A DNA stretch of 53,813 nucleotides, taken from positions 1 to 53,813 of the forward strand of contig JAEOSU010000004.1 in NCBI GenBank assembly GCA_016840165.1. Reading direction: 5' to 3'. This DNA comes from Promethearchaeota archaeon (GTDB lineage Archaea > Asgardarchaeota > Lokiarchaeia > Sigyniarchaeales > SOKP01). Below, in pieces: positions 19,945-28,992 of the stretch. The notes under the pieces are model-generated. The model worked only from the letters and a program-made list of their open reading frames with translations. It made no database searches and was not told the DNA's origin. Position numbers and translations under genes: made by a program. The first letter of the stretch is position 1; each line of letters opens with the position of its first letter.

Positions 19945-20265
19945 TTACTTATTCGCTTTATCGGGTGGACATCCAAAATCATCGCGTACTTTGCATTCGG
20001 GTTTACTTGAACTTCCAGCGCACGGTGTGCATTTGACTTTACGCATTAGAGCTTCAACTTCGCTAATTTCATAGCCAAATTCCTCATCTTCGGTTTCATC
20101 CGCTAACATCTCATCGTTAATATTGCTTAAATCGTAATCTAGATCCTCCTCTAAATTATCCTTTTCATCGTATAAATCTAAAATCTCATCTCCATCGTCA
20201 TCTACTTTTCCAGTTGGAACATCATCCTCTTCTGGTTCAGATGAAATTTTCTTTTTTTTAGCCAT
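19945..20265 (-). CDS. Small acidic protein with C-terminal four-Cys motif
   Basis: KKKK N-terminus, long D/E tract, CxxC-x8-C-x7-C. Confidence 0.75.
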   Translation of the reverse strand: MAKKKKISSEPEEDDVPTGKVDDDGDEILDLYDEKDNLEEDLDYDLSNINDEMLADETEDEEFGYEISEVEALMRKVKCTPCAGSSSKPECKVRDDFGCPPDKANK

Positions 20266-20394
20266 TTATCCCACTTTTCTTATTGAAATCTAAATTTGGT
20301 TACAAGATATAGTTTTATAACATAAAATTTAGGTTTTATTATTTTCAAAATCAAAATAAAAAATCATTAATCTTTAAAATTTAGAAAATTGACA

Positions 20395-22362
20395 TTAATT
20401 CTCAATTTTATTATTATAAAATGAAACAATGTTTTTCAGAATTTGATAAATCTCGTTTTTACTATAAAACTCAAATTTAGGAATATCATAATAGGGAAGG
20501 ATAAATTTAAAGCTAAAGTTAGGAAGATTTTTAGTATAAGGATATTTATCAAAAAAATCAGTACTATTATTGCTTTTTAAAAATAAATCATTAACAATTT
20601 GGTTAGAGAGATCCTCATAAAAGTCTAAATATAAGTTAATTTTTGTGGAGTTAATTCCATTAAATTGATAATTTCTACTTAGTTCAAATTTTAATTGATG
20701 TAAAAAATAAAGGATTTTACCTAGGTTAGATAGTGGTTTCGGAATATTTCGGGGAATTGGTAGACTTTTAATGAAGCTTCCATTGAACCGCAGGTATCCA
20801 CTACTCATATGTAATGTTCCATAAAGAGATCTGAAGATAATGTTAAGTATTTTAGAATTTAGGATAGTTAATAACCCAAATAACTGATTTGTATTATATG
20901 AAGGAACTTGCAGAAAGTATAATCCTGTTAAATTAACAAAAACCCCTGGATCATATACAAAACATAGATCTTTAGCAATTTCTCGAAATATCAATTTTTC
21001 AGTTGACAATTCTTTCCATATTCCCCTATATTTATCATTAAAACGAAAAAATGGTTTATCATATTTTTTCTGGGCTACTTTTATGTATTTAGTAAAATCG
21101 ATATAAAATCTCTTAATATTACCCGTTCCAAGCAATATCAAATCTCTGGAAGAGGGGTTTTTTTCAATAATATTTTTCGAATTTTTTACCCAATTGATAA
21201 ACCCGAATGGACGATAAATCAACTTTAAATCATTAAGAGTTTCTGAGAGAGTATTAAACTTCGAATATAATGAGTTAATCAAATCAATATTATTGGATAA
21301 TGGAATTGTATATGAGGGAAAATTGTATACTTTTTCTTGAGGAAATCTGTATACCTGTTTACCTTTATAATTATTTAACTGTTGAAGATTATTAAATTCT
21401 TGAATGGAAATAGTATTTGAAAGATTTTGCCCTTTTTTCAAAAAAAGTATTATCGGATAAGTAGATATTCTTTTAAAAGATTTTAATGAAGAAATATTGA
21501 TAATTTCTCTAATCTGAGTATATTTAAGGAGAAATTCTCGAATTTTTATACCATAATCAGCAGCTAAAAATTTGTTTGTGGTTAAAAAAGATAAAACACC
21601 CTTTTTAGGATTTAATAAATTAATTGACTTCTCGATAAATACAACACTTAAATCAAAGAGCTTGTAGGCAGATATAAATTTCCTAGTTAAATCCTTTTTA
21701 AATTTTCTATCGGAGATCTTTTTATTTTCAATATATGGTGGATTTCCCAAAATTACTTCAAAATTGCGATGATTATAACTCAACAAATAATCTTCATTAT
21801 AAAGATTACAATTTATATCTAATTTATTTAAGCTATTTTCAATTTTAGGCAAATTTAATTCGGATTCAAAATTATAAAAAAGTTCAGAATCAGTTTGATC
21901 ATAAATCCAATTTACTAATCTCAAATTTGAAATGAGATTTGCTTCCTTATCTATGTCAATTCCATATATGTGCTTTTCAACAATCTTTTTCTTAGTTAAA
22001 TAATCATCCTGATCTCCATTTAACAATTTATAAATCTCAAAAAGATAATTAGCTGCAGAGATTAAAAATCTTCCAGAACCAGAGGCAGGATCCAAGATTT
22101 TAATCTTCATTATTTCAGTTTTTATATTAGTTCGAAAAGATTTATTTTCATTAAGAAAATGTTTTATTGAATCATAATCAACATTATTTCCAGATTGATT
22201 GTTTTTATCAAAATAATCTTCAAAGAAAAATCTAAAAGAATTAGACACAATAAATTTAACTAGATTCCATGGAGTATAATATACACCCATGCTTTTACCA
22301 CGATTTTTATCAATAAACCTTTGTGTTTCAAATTTATTTATAATTATATCTATATTATTCAA
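20395..22362 (-). CDS. N6-adenine DNA methyltransferase (TaqI/Eco57I-like gamma class), apparently orphan
   Basis: GVYYTP, LDPASGSGRFL (motif I), YGIDID, GNPPY (motif IV), TaqI-C-like C-terminal region. Confidence 0.9.
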   Translation of the reverse strand: MNNIDIIINKFETQRFIDKNRGKSMGVYYTPWNLVKFIVSNSFRFFFEDYFDKNNQSGNNVDYDSIKHFLNENKSFRTNIKTEIMKIKILDPASGSGRFLISAANYLFEIYKLLNGDQDDYLTKKKIVEKHIYGIDIDKEANLISNLRLVNWIYDQTDSELFYNFESELNLPKIENSLNKLDINCNLYNEDYLLSYNHRNFEVILGNPPYIENKKISDRKFKKDLTRKFISAYKLFDLSVVFIEKSINLLNPKKGVLSFLTTNKFLAADYGIKIREFLLKYTQIREIINISSLKSFKRISTYPIILFLKKGQNLSNTISIQEFNNLQQLNNYKGKQVYRFPQEKVYNFPSYTIPLSNNIDLINSLYSKFNTLSETLNDLKLIYRPFGFINWVKNSKNIIEKNPSSRDLILLGTGNIKRFYIDFTKYIKVAQKKYDKPFFRFNDKYRGIWKELSTEKLIFREIAKDLCFVYDPGVFVNLTGLYFLQVPSYNTNQLFGLLTILNSKILNIIFRSLYGTLHMSSGYLRFNGSFIKSLPIPRNIPKPLSNLGKILYFLHQLKFELSRNYQFNGINSTKINLYLDFYEDLSNQIVNDLFLKSNNSTDFFDKYPYTKNLPNFSFKFILPYYDIPKFEFYSKNEIYQILKNIVSFYNNKIEN

Positions 22363-22518
22363 ATTATTTACGAATTCTCTAATTCAAGCGTATAAGTAAA
22401 ATATTTTTACTAAAATATTAGCTTTTTTGATTTTTAAAAATGTAGGAAATTAATTTAAAAATTAAAATTCTATAATATAAAATGAGATTGATATAATTAT
22501 AAAAAAGGATGATTTCAG

Positions 22519-23412
22519 ATTATTAATAACTCATTTCTAAAAAAGATTTTAGAAAAACCTCATAAAATATTAGAATTAGAATATGAGACTATTTCAACAG
22601 TCCTTAATGAATCAAGGAAGATTTTTGGTGAAGAACACTTACTCTTAGAGTTTATGAATAATATTGAAAAACCAATTTATATAATTGGTGATATTCATGG
22701 AAATCTTCGATCGCTCTCAAAACTGATTGATTTCTTTAAACTAAAGAAACCTCAACTCGTGATTTTTTTAGGAGATATCGTAGATCGTGGGCCATATCAA
22801 TTGGAATGTCTTATTACTGTATTGATTTTAAAAATTCTTGAACCTAATACCTATTTTCTTCTTAAAGGAAATCATGAAACGTTAGAAATGAATAAATATT
22901 ATGGATTTTATCAACAATTTACTGACAGGTTCCAAAATAAAGCTAATTTTGATGAAATTCTTGCTTTATACAATACATTACCCTATGTCGCTCGAATAGA
23001 TAATCAGATTATTTGCGTTCACGGAGGGATTCCAGAAGATAAGGACTTTTTAAATAAATTACATGGTTTAAAAACTAAGGATCTTTATAAAAGTTGGAAA
23101 TATTTGAGCGAACAGCTATTGCAAATCACCTGGAATGACCCTAAAGAAGATATAGAAGGCTTTATTGACAGTTTTAGAGGGCCAGGAATAAAATTTTTCG
23201 GAGAGGATGTTTTTGAGGTATTTATGGAGACAAATAACCTTAAATATTTGATTCGATCACATGAAATGTTTCCAGAGGGATATAGGTGGTTTTTCAAATA
23301 CCGTTTACTCTCAATATTTTCATCTGAAAATTATGGAGGTTATAGCAGAAATCCCGCGTCTTATGCAATTGTTAATGAAAATAATGAAGTTATTGCTAAA
23401 CTTGTAAAATAA
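22519..23412 (+). CDS. PPP-family Ser/Thr protein phosphatase (PP1/PP2A-like); first in-frame ATG is 22654, proposed AUU start at 22519
   Basis: GDIHG, GDIVDRG, GNHE, HGG, WNDP, RGPG, IRSHE, FSSENY; the upstream open frame encodes a PP1-like N-terminal helix. Confidence 0.92.
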   Translation: MINNSFLKKILEKPHKILELEYETISTVLNESRKIFGEEHLLLEFMNNIEKPIYIIGDIHGNLRSLSKLIDFFKLKKPQLVIFLGDIVDRGPYQLECLITVLILKILEPNTYFLLKGNHETLEMNKYYGFYQQFTDRFQNKANFDEILALYNTLPYVARIDNQIICVHGGIPEDKDFLNKLHGLKTKDLYKSWKYLSEQLLQITWNDPKEDIEGFIDSFRGPGIKFFGEDVFEVFMETNNLKYLIRSHEMFPEGYRWFFKYRLLSIFSSENYGGYSRNPASYAIVNENNEVIAKLVK

Positions 23413-23468
23413 ATAGACTATAGATCTAATGAATCGAAGATTATCAAGACTTTGAAATCTATTTTCTT

Positions 23469-23732
23469 TTACATAATCTGGGACGCATCCGGCTTAATAA
23501 AAAGTAAATTATTTCCACGGATGAAAATTTCACTATATTTTGCCACAGGACTGCCTTCCATCAACTCAGTGGCATTCTCTAATATCATGTTCATGTACGC
23601 GTCGATCTCCTTCAAGAGACCCCTATATTCGGTGCCATCCTTTAATCTTAATATTATTTCAGAACCCATAGCATTCTGCAAGATATTTAAAGGATTTTTT
23701 GATTTCTGAAAGTCGTTGTTTCTATTCGACAT
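23469..23732 (-). CDS. Sm-like archaeal protein (SmAP/Lsm)
   Basis: PL..L, LKDG.EY.G.L..ID.YMN..L..A.E, IFIRGNN. Confidence 0.95.
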   Translation of the reverse strand: MSNRNNDFQKSKNPLNILQNAMGSEIILRLKDGTEYRGLLKEIDAYMNMILENATELMEGSPVAKYSEIFIRGNNLLFIKPDASQIM

Positions 23733-23868
23733 ATTATTTATTACCTTATAAAAAAATATTCATTATTAATATTGAAAAGATAATTTAAAGAAAAACTTTT
23801 TTGAATTAAAACCTTTTTATCGTTGATTTTTGACTTAAAGAGATTTTGAAATCATTGCTGTAAATATT

Positions 23869-24465
23869 ATGAAAACTAATATCTCACATTCTAATAAAAA
23901 AGGTAAAATCATCAAAGAGTATAATTCCTCATCTCAGTATTATGATAACCGATATCATGATATTCAATTAAAAAAATATGAAAGCTTTATAGAAAAGAAA
24001 TGGTTTCAAAAAAAGATAATTTTAGATGCGGGTTGTGGTACGGGTCTAATTTTGGAACAAGTTTCAAAATATATAAAATTTAAAGCTCTTTCAAATTGTA
24101 ATTATGTTGGAGTAGACATCTCCCTAAATATGCTAAAAAAGTTTCAATTAAAGTTAAATAATTTAGGAAAAGCATTGATCGTTAATCTTATCTTAGCAGA
24201 TTTAGAGAATCTTCCAATTCGCGAAAATATTGCAGACATAATATTTTCGATTACAGTTTTTCAAAACTTAACTGATATAGAACGTGGTTTAGATAATTTA
24301 ATTAGAGTAGGAAAAGCTAAGTTTGATATAATAATTTCAATATTAAAAAAAGCTTCAGAACTTGAGAAGTTTAATGATCTAGTTCGAATGAAGCTAGAAA
24401 AATATTCATTTGAGAATAATCCTTATTTAGAAGATATCATTGTTTGGGGAACTGCCATTAAGTAA
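23869..24465 (+). CDS. Class I SAM-dependent methyltransferase
   Basis: ILDAGCGTG, GVDIS..ML, AD.ENLP. Confidence 0.9.
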   Translation: MKTNISHSNKKGKIIKEYNSSSQYYDNRYHDIQLKKYESFIEKKWFQKKIILDAGCGTGLILEQVSKYIKFKALSNCNYVGVDISLNMLKKFQLKLNNLGKALIVNLILADLENLPIRENIADIIFSITVFQNLTDIERGLDNLIRVGKAKFDIIISILKKASELEKFNDLVRMKLEKYSFENNPYLEDIIVWGTAIK

Positions 24466-24477
24466 AAGAACTGAACT

Positions 24478-25359
24478 TTATTTTTTAAAAAAACTATTTA
24501 AGATAACATTTTTGTCAAAATGAAGTTTAAATTTTTTGTTAAAGTATTCACATACATTCGTAATATCCCTCTCTAGTAACTTATCCGCATTAGGATGGTT
24601 TTTTGAAACCCATTGTATCCAATCAATAATTAAAATATTCTCATTTTCATCAATTACTATATTAAACTCGCCTAAATCTCCATGAATTATTCCTACTTTT
24701 TCATATATTACTTGAATTTGTTTTATAATTCTTTTAAATATTTTTCGAGGGTTCACGAGGGCTTTACAATAAGCTAATTCCTTTCCTCGTAAATAAGACA
24801 TTAAAACTATATGTCGATTGTATGTTATTGGTTTGGGGGTGTTTAGTTTAAGTATAAATATTTTTTTTAATGCTTCAAATTCCCTTTTTGCCGCTAAACG
24901 ATTGATATATAACCACGATAAATGTTTTCTATTTTTAATTAAATTACGAGTTTTTTTAATATTTTTAAAGCTTGTCCTTCCCATTCTATAAATTTTAAGA
25001 GCAAAGATGTTCCTATTATCGTCCATACAACTATAGACGTCAGACTCCTTTCCTTTACCGATTAATGGCCCTAACTGACTTATTTTACCTCTCTCGACTA
25101 AAGTATGAAGTGCTAAGACATCGTATCCCAGAGAATTAAGTGTGTAACCAATTTCGTAAGAGGAGGCATTTCTAACAATCAAACCTTTTTTATGGACTTT
25201 TTTAAGTCTATAACGAGTCTCTTCTAAGGGATATCGTGAGTAAAATTTAATATTGGATTCTGTGACATATTCAGAACGTTTCATACCAATTTCAATAGCC
25301 ATTAAGATCCTCAGATCTTCTTTTTCAATATCTAAAAGATATTTAGCAGCCTCAGCCAT
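24478..25359 (-). CDS. rio2: RIO2-family atypical Ser/Thr kinase
   Basis: N-terminal wHTH ending GY.L...GYD.LAL, G.GKESDVY, GRTSF, A.REF, IHGDL.EFNI, IDW.Q. Confidence 0.93.
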   Translation of the reverse strand: MAEAAKYLLDIEKEDLRILMAIEIGMKRSEYVTESNIKFYSRYPLEETRYRLKKVHKKGLIVRNASSYEIGYTLNSLGYDVLALHTLVERGKISQLGPLIGKGKESDVYSCMDDNRNIFALKIYRMGRTSFKNIKKTRNLIKNRKHLSWLYINRLAAKREFEALKKIFILKLNTPKPITYNRHIVLMSYLRGKELAYCKALVNPRKIFKRIIKQIQVIYEKVGIIHGDLGEFNIVIDENENILIIDWIQWVSKNHPNADKLLERDITNVCEYFNKKFKLHFDKNVILNSFFKK

Positions 25360-25443
25360 ATGATTATATTTTTGATTTTCCTCTTTTAATATTTATTGAT
25401 TTTCTTTATTTCTAATATCAACTTAATTACACGATTAAAATTG

Positions 25444-26229
25444 TTAGAAGATGAATTTTTTATAGGTTGAGAGGAAATTTAAGGTTTTGATGATATTAGG
25501 AATTTCAAATAAACCAATTGCTAAGCCAATCACCAGAAGGAATAGATATATATCCAATTTGGCTATATAATAAAGAAAATACGTTGATGCTTCTTGAAAT
25601 TGAAATAGAAATACTCCTTGTTGAAGATAGAAGAGAAGACTGATAGAAAGTACAATACTTGTTGATGAAAATATTATTATTGAATTATCATGTTCATAAA
25701 CTGCAATAATTAATTGTGAAATAAAGAGCAAGAGGCTAATTATTAAAGGTATTAATGCTGAAATTAACCAAATGTTATAATTGGAGGCCTTGATTAGAAA
25801 GTCATTTCCAACGTTTTCCCAGAATAATGAAGAGCTTAATATAATAAATGATACTATCGGAAGAATTAATGCTACTATTGATATTACAGTATGAAGTCTA
25901 ATAGTAAAAAAATGGGAATATTGATAATTTGCAAGCTCCTTTTCTTTTTTCGCAGTATCAAGCAAATTTTCTAACCGATTTTTTACGTGCGGAGGAATAT
26001 CTTTATTGAGTTTCTTAATCTGAAAGTTAATATCGGTAAAATCTCTAAGTAATTTGTGGATTGACTTTTCTCCTTTCTTCAACTTATCTTTTGTGCATTT
26101 AGGCCCATTCCATAAATATATTATATTTCGATCTTTATCAATAAACGCAACCAAATCATGGTAAAGTAAATGAGTACTTTCTTCAACCCATTTATCTTGT
26201 TGTTCAGTATAGATAAAGATTTTTAACAT
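25444..26229 (-). CDS. Gelsolin-like domain fused to a four-TM membrane domain
   Basis: N-terminal 'LLYHDLVAFID...IIYLWNGPKC.......G' resembles the gelsolin core; four hydrophobic segments follow. Confidence 0.65.
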   Translation of the reverse strand: MLKIFIYTEQQDKWVEESTHLLYHDLVAFIDKDRNIIYLWNGPKCTKDKLKKGEKSIHKLLRDFTDINFQIKKLNKDIPPHVKNRLENLLDTAKKEKELANYQYSHFFTIRLHTVISIVALILPIVSFIILSSSLFWENVGNDFLIKASNYNIWLISALIPLIISLLLFISQLIIAVYEHDNSIIIFSSTSIVLSISLLFYLQQGVFLFQFQEASTYFLYYIAKLDIYLFLLVIGLAIGLFEIPNIIKTLNFLSTYKKFIF

Positions 26230-26296
26230 GATTAATTCACTATGTAAGTTTTTATCTGTATCTACATATAGAGAAAAGATTTACTTTAATCTTTTT

Positions 26297-27196
26297 CTAT
26301 TCTTTTATTCTTTTTTTAATTTCTTCCCATAAATTATCAATATATTCTCGATAATTTACGATTATCTCTTCAGAGATATTTCGAAATCTCTTTTGAATAG
26401 TTAAATATTCTTCAATTGGTTTTCTCTTGGATGGATCAAGAAATCGTTTGCTATCTTTCGATAATTGAAAGTTTCCCTCGATTACTTCATATAAGGGCCA
26501 AAAACCTGTTTGAACCGCTAATCTACCGATCTTGATTGAATCTTTGGGTTCATACCCCCATCCAGGAGGGCAAGGAGCAAGGATATGAATATATTTAGGT
26601 CCGTATATATTTTTAGCTTTCGAAAATTTTTCATATAAATCTAGTGGGTAAGAAGAGATAGCCGTTGCTACATAGGGTGTACCATGGGCTTCTAATATTT
26701 TTGGCATATTTTTTTTATATCCCGTTTTTCCATCAGGAGTGGTTGTGCTAAACGCACCTGGGGGAGTACTGCCACTTCTTTGAACGCCCGTATTCATATA
26801 GGCTTCATTATCATAGCATGCAAAGATGAAATTTGTGCCTCTCTCAACAGCGCCACTTAGACTTTGAATGCCAATATCCACTGTTCCACCATCTCCGGCA
26901 AATGCCACGACATTTATATCCTTATCTAATCCCTTTTCTTCTAAAGAAGCAACTATGCCTGAAGCAGATGCTCCAGTTGTCGCAAAAGGTGTATGAAGAA
27001 CCGATACTTTTGTTGTACAAAATCCCTGCATTCCATGTAAAACAGTCAAGCAACTCGCAGGAACTGTAATGATGGTATTTTTTCCTAAAGCTTTTAATGC
27101 AATACGATAAATAAGTGCCATTGAACACCCAGCACAAGCTCTTGTACCAGGATATATAAATTCTTCCTCTGGAAGTTCTAAAACATTGACCATCAA
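26297..27196 (-). CDS. porB: Pyruvate/2-oxoacid:ferredoxin oxidoreductase beta subunit (probable ATG start at 27193)
   Basis: ACAGC, GDGG...DIG, YDNEAYMNTG.QRS, PCPPGW. Confidence 0.93.
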   Translation of the reverse strand: MMVNVLELPEEEFIYPGTRACAGCSMALIYRIALKALGKNTIITVPASCLTVLHGMQGFCTTKVSVLHTPFATTGASASGIVASLEEKGLDKDINVVAFAGDGGTVDIGIQSLSGAVERGTNFIFACYDNEAYMNTGVQRSGSTPPGAFSTTTPDGKTGYKKNMPKILEAHGTPYVATAISSYPLDLYEKFSKAKNIYGPKYIHILAPCPPGWGYEPKDSIKIGRLAVQTGFWPLYEVIEGNFQLSKDSKRFLDPSKRKPIEEYLTIQKRFRNISEEIIVNYREYIDNLWEEIKKRIKE

Positions 27197-27206
27197 ATTT
27201 CACCTC

Positions 27207-28478
27207 TTATTTTAAAAAATCTAATTCATCTAATTTCAATCCTAAAAACTCTGTTTGATGGGAGATTTCACCATTTTCCTTCTGTTTTAATGCCATTTTT
27301 ACTCCATTAATGATATGATCAGTAGTAATATCTCTCCCTCCTAATCCAACAATAAAACCTTTAATAAAAGGGGCATCTGATAAATTATAGAGTGCTGATT
27401 TCAGTTCATAACTTAACACTCCTTCATATCCATATCCAATATCTCTATCAAACACAATTATAGTCTTTTTTGTTTTGAAATACTCTCTTAATTCCCTCGC
27501 GGGATAAGGTCGAAATAATTTCAAACTTAATAATCCAATTTTAACTCCCTCTTCTCTTAATCTCTCCACTGCTACTCTTGCTTGTGCAGCTACGGAACCC
27601 ATAGCGAAAATAATAGTTTCGGCATCATCAGTGTAAAATGTTTTATACACTCCATTGCCATAAGATCTTCCGAATTTCTTTGCAAAATCATCATGAACTT
27701 CTTTGATTATATCAATTGAATTTTCTAGAGCCTTTTGTAATGCATATCTGTATTCGAAATATCCTGGTGCTGTTCCTTCTACTCCCCGATCTCTTATGTG
27801 TGGTGTGGTGACGGGATCTATGCCTTTTACCACAGAAATATTTGATAAATCAATATGATGTTTTAAGGGAGGCAAAAACGCGTCCACGTCATCTTGATTT
27901 TCTAAAACAACGGGCATCATGGTATGGGAAAGAATATAACCGTCGTAACCCACAACTACGGGTAAAAAATTGCGAGGGTCCTCTGCTATTTTAAATGCTT
28001 GGATGTTAGTATCATAAATTTCTTGATTATTTTCACAGAATAATTGAACCCAGCCCACATCTCTTATTGTTATAAAATCTTGATGGTCTGTCCATACACT
28101 CCAAGGAGCTCCTGTCGCTCTTGTAGCTAAATTAATTACAATAGGTAATCTATTCCCTGCAGCCCATGGAAGCATTTCATACATTAACATTAAACCATGA
28201 GAGGATGTTGCCGTTCCAACTCGTGAACCTGTTGCTGATGCCGCACAACAAACTGCTAAGGCGGAATGTTCAGACTCTACCTTGACAAAACGAGCATTAA
28301 ATTTTCCCTTTGCAATAAATTCTGCTATTTTTTCTACAACAGGGCTTTGAGGGGTTATAGGATAAGCTGAGACCACTCCAACTTTAGCTTGTCTGAAAGC
28401 ATGAGCTGCAGCATGATTTCCAGTCAATATTTTTGTTCTTCGATCAATTTTAGCACTTTTTGTATTAGATATGGTCAT
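27207..28478 (-). CDS. porA: Pyruvate/2-oxoacid:ferredoxin oxidoreductase alpha subunit
   Basis: GN.A.A, AYPITPQS, VESEHSA, TATSS.GL, DGY.LSH, GLGGRD. Confidence 0.93.
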   Translation of the reverse strand: MTISNTKSAKIDRRTKILTGNHAAAHAFRQAKVGVVSAYPITPQSPVVEKIAEFIAKGKFNARFVKVESEHSALAVCCAASATGSRVGTATSSHGLMLMYEMLPWAAGNRLPIVINLATRATGAPWSVWTDHQDFITIRDVGWVQLFCENNQEIYDTNIQAFKIAEDPRNFLPVVVGYDGYILSHTMMPVVLENQDDVDAFLPPLKHHIDLSNISVVKGIDPVTTPHIRDRGVEGTAPGYFEYRYALQKALENSIDIIKEVHDDFAKKFGRSYGNGVYKTFYTDDAETIIFAMGSVAAQARVAVERLREEGVKIGLLSLKLFRPYPARELREYFKTKKTIIVFDRDIGYGYEGVLSYELKSALYNLSDAPFIKGFIVGLGGRDITTDHIINGVKMALKQKENGEISHQTEFLGLKLDELDFLK

Positions 28479-28774
28479 TCATTACTCACCTCTTCCATAG
28501 TGATTGCGTTTACGGGACATTCTTCCATACATATACCACATCCTTTACAATATTCAAAATCTATTTTTGGTGGTATAGTTCTCTCTATAACTGCTTCTGG
28601 ACAGAAAAGCCAACAATTAAAACAGCTAGGTTTCCCTGATTTTGCAGGTATACATTTTTCAGTATCGATTATCGGCTTTTTTGAGCTCCATGTACCTGTT
28701 CTCCCAGCCTCCCCTTTTACTGGTGTTTGTACCGAGCCCAATATTTTTTGATAATCTTTTTTTGTGTCAGTCAT
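28475..28774 (-). CDS. porD: Pyruvate/2-oxoacid:ferredoxin oxidoreductase delta subunit (2x4Fe-4S)
   Basis: TGTW...KP, C..CWLFCPE, YCKGCGIC.EECP. Confidence 0.93.
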   Translation of the reverse strand: MTDTKKDYQKILGSVQTPVKGEAGRTGTWSSKKPIIDTEKCIPAKSGKPSCFNCWLFCPEAVIERTIPPKIDFEYCKGCGICMEECPVNAITMEEVSNE

Positions 28775-28992
28775 AGATTTTCACATACTTTAATGAATTA
28801 CATTACCTATAAAAATTAATTAGTTTTGGAATAAAATTTTTCCGATTAATTAAAATAAGCTAACATGATATACTATATCGCTAGTTAGAAACAAGTTTGG
28901 AAAAAGAAAGACATATATATAGTCAATTTTCATATTTTTTTTAGGTTATTTACATTAATTACAACATTTTTAATATAGGTATAGGGTTATAG

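Noticed and set aside
19945-20265. Acidic Cys protein as TFE-beta/RPC34
   Set aside because: No winged-helix domain and different Cys spacing
20395-22362. Methyltransferase as part of a defence island or mobile element
   Set aside because: No nuclease, integrase, transposase, terminal repeats or att-like duplications nearby
22489-22512. In-frame TGA upstream of the phosphatase as a possible selenocysteine codon
   Set aside because: Not at a Cys-equivalent position, another in-frame TGA lies just upstream, and no start codon or SECIS-like element was evident
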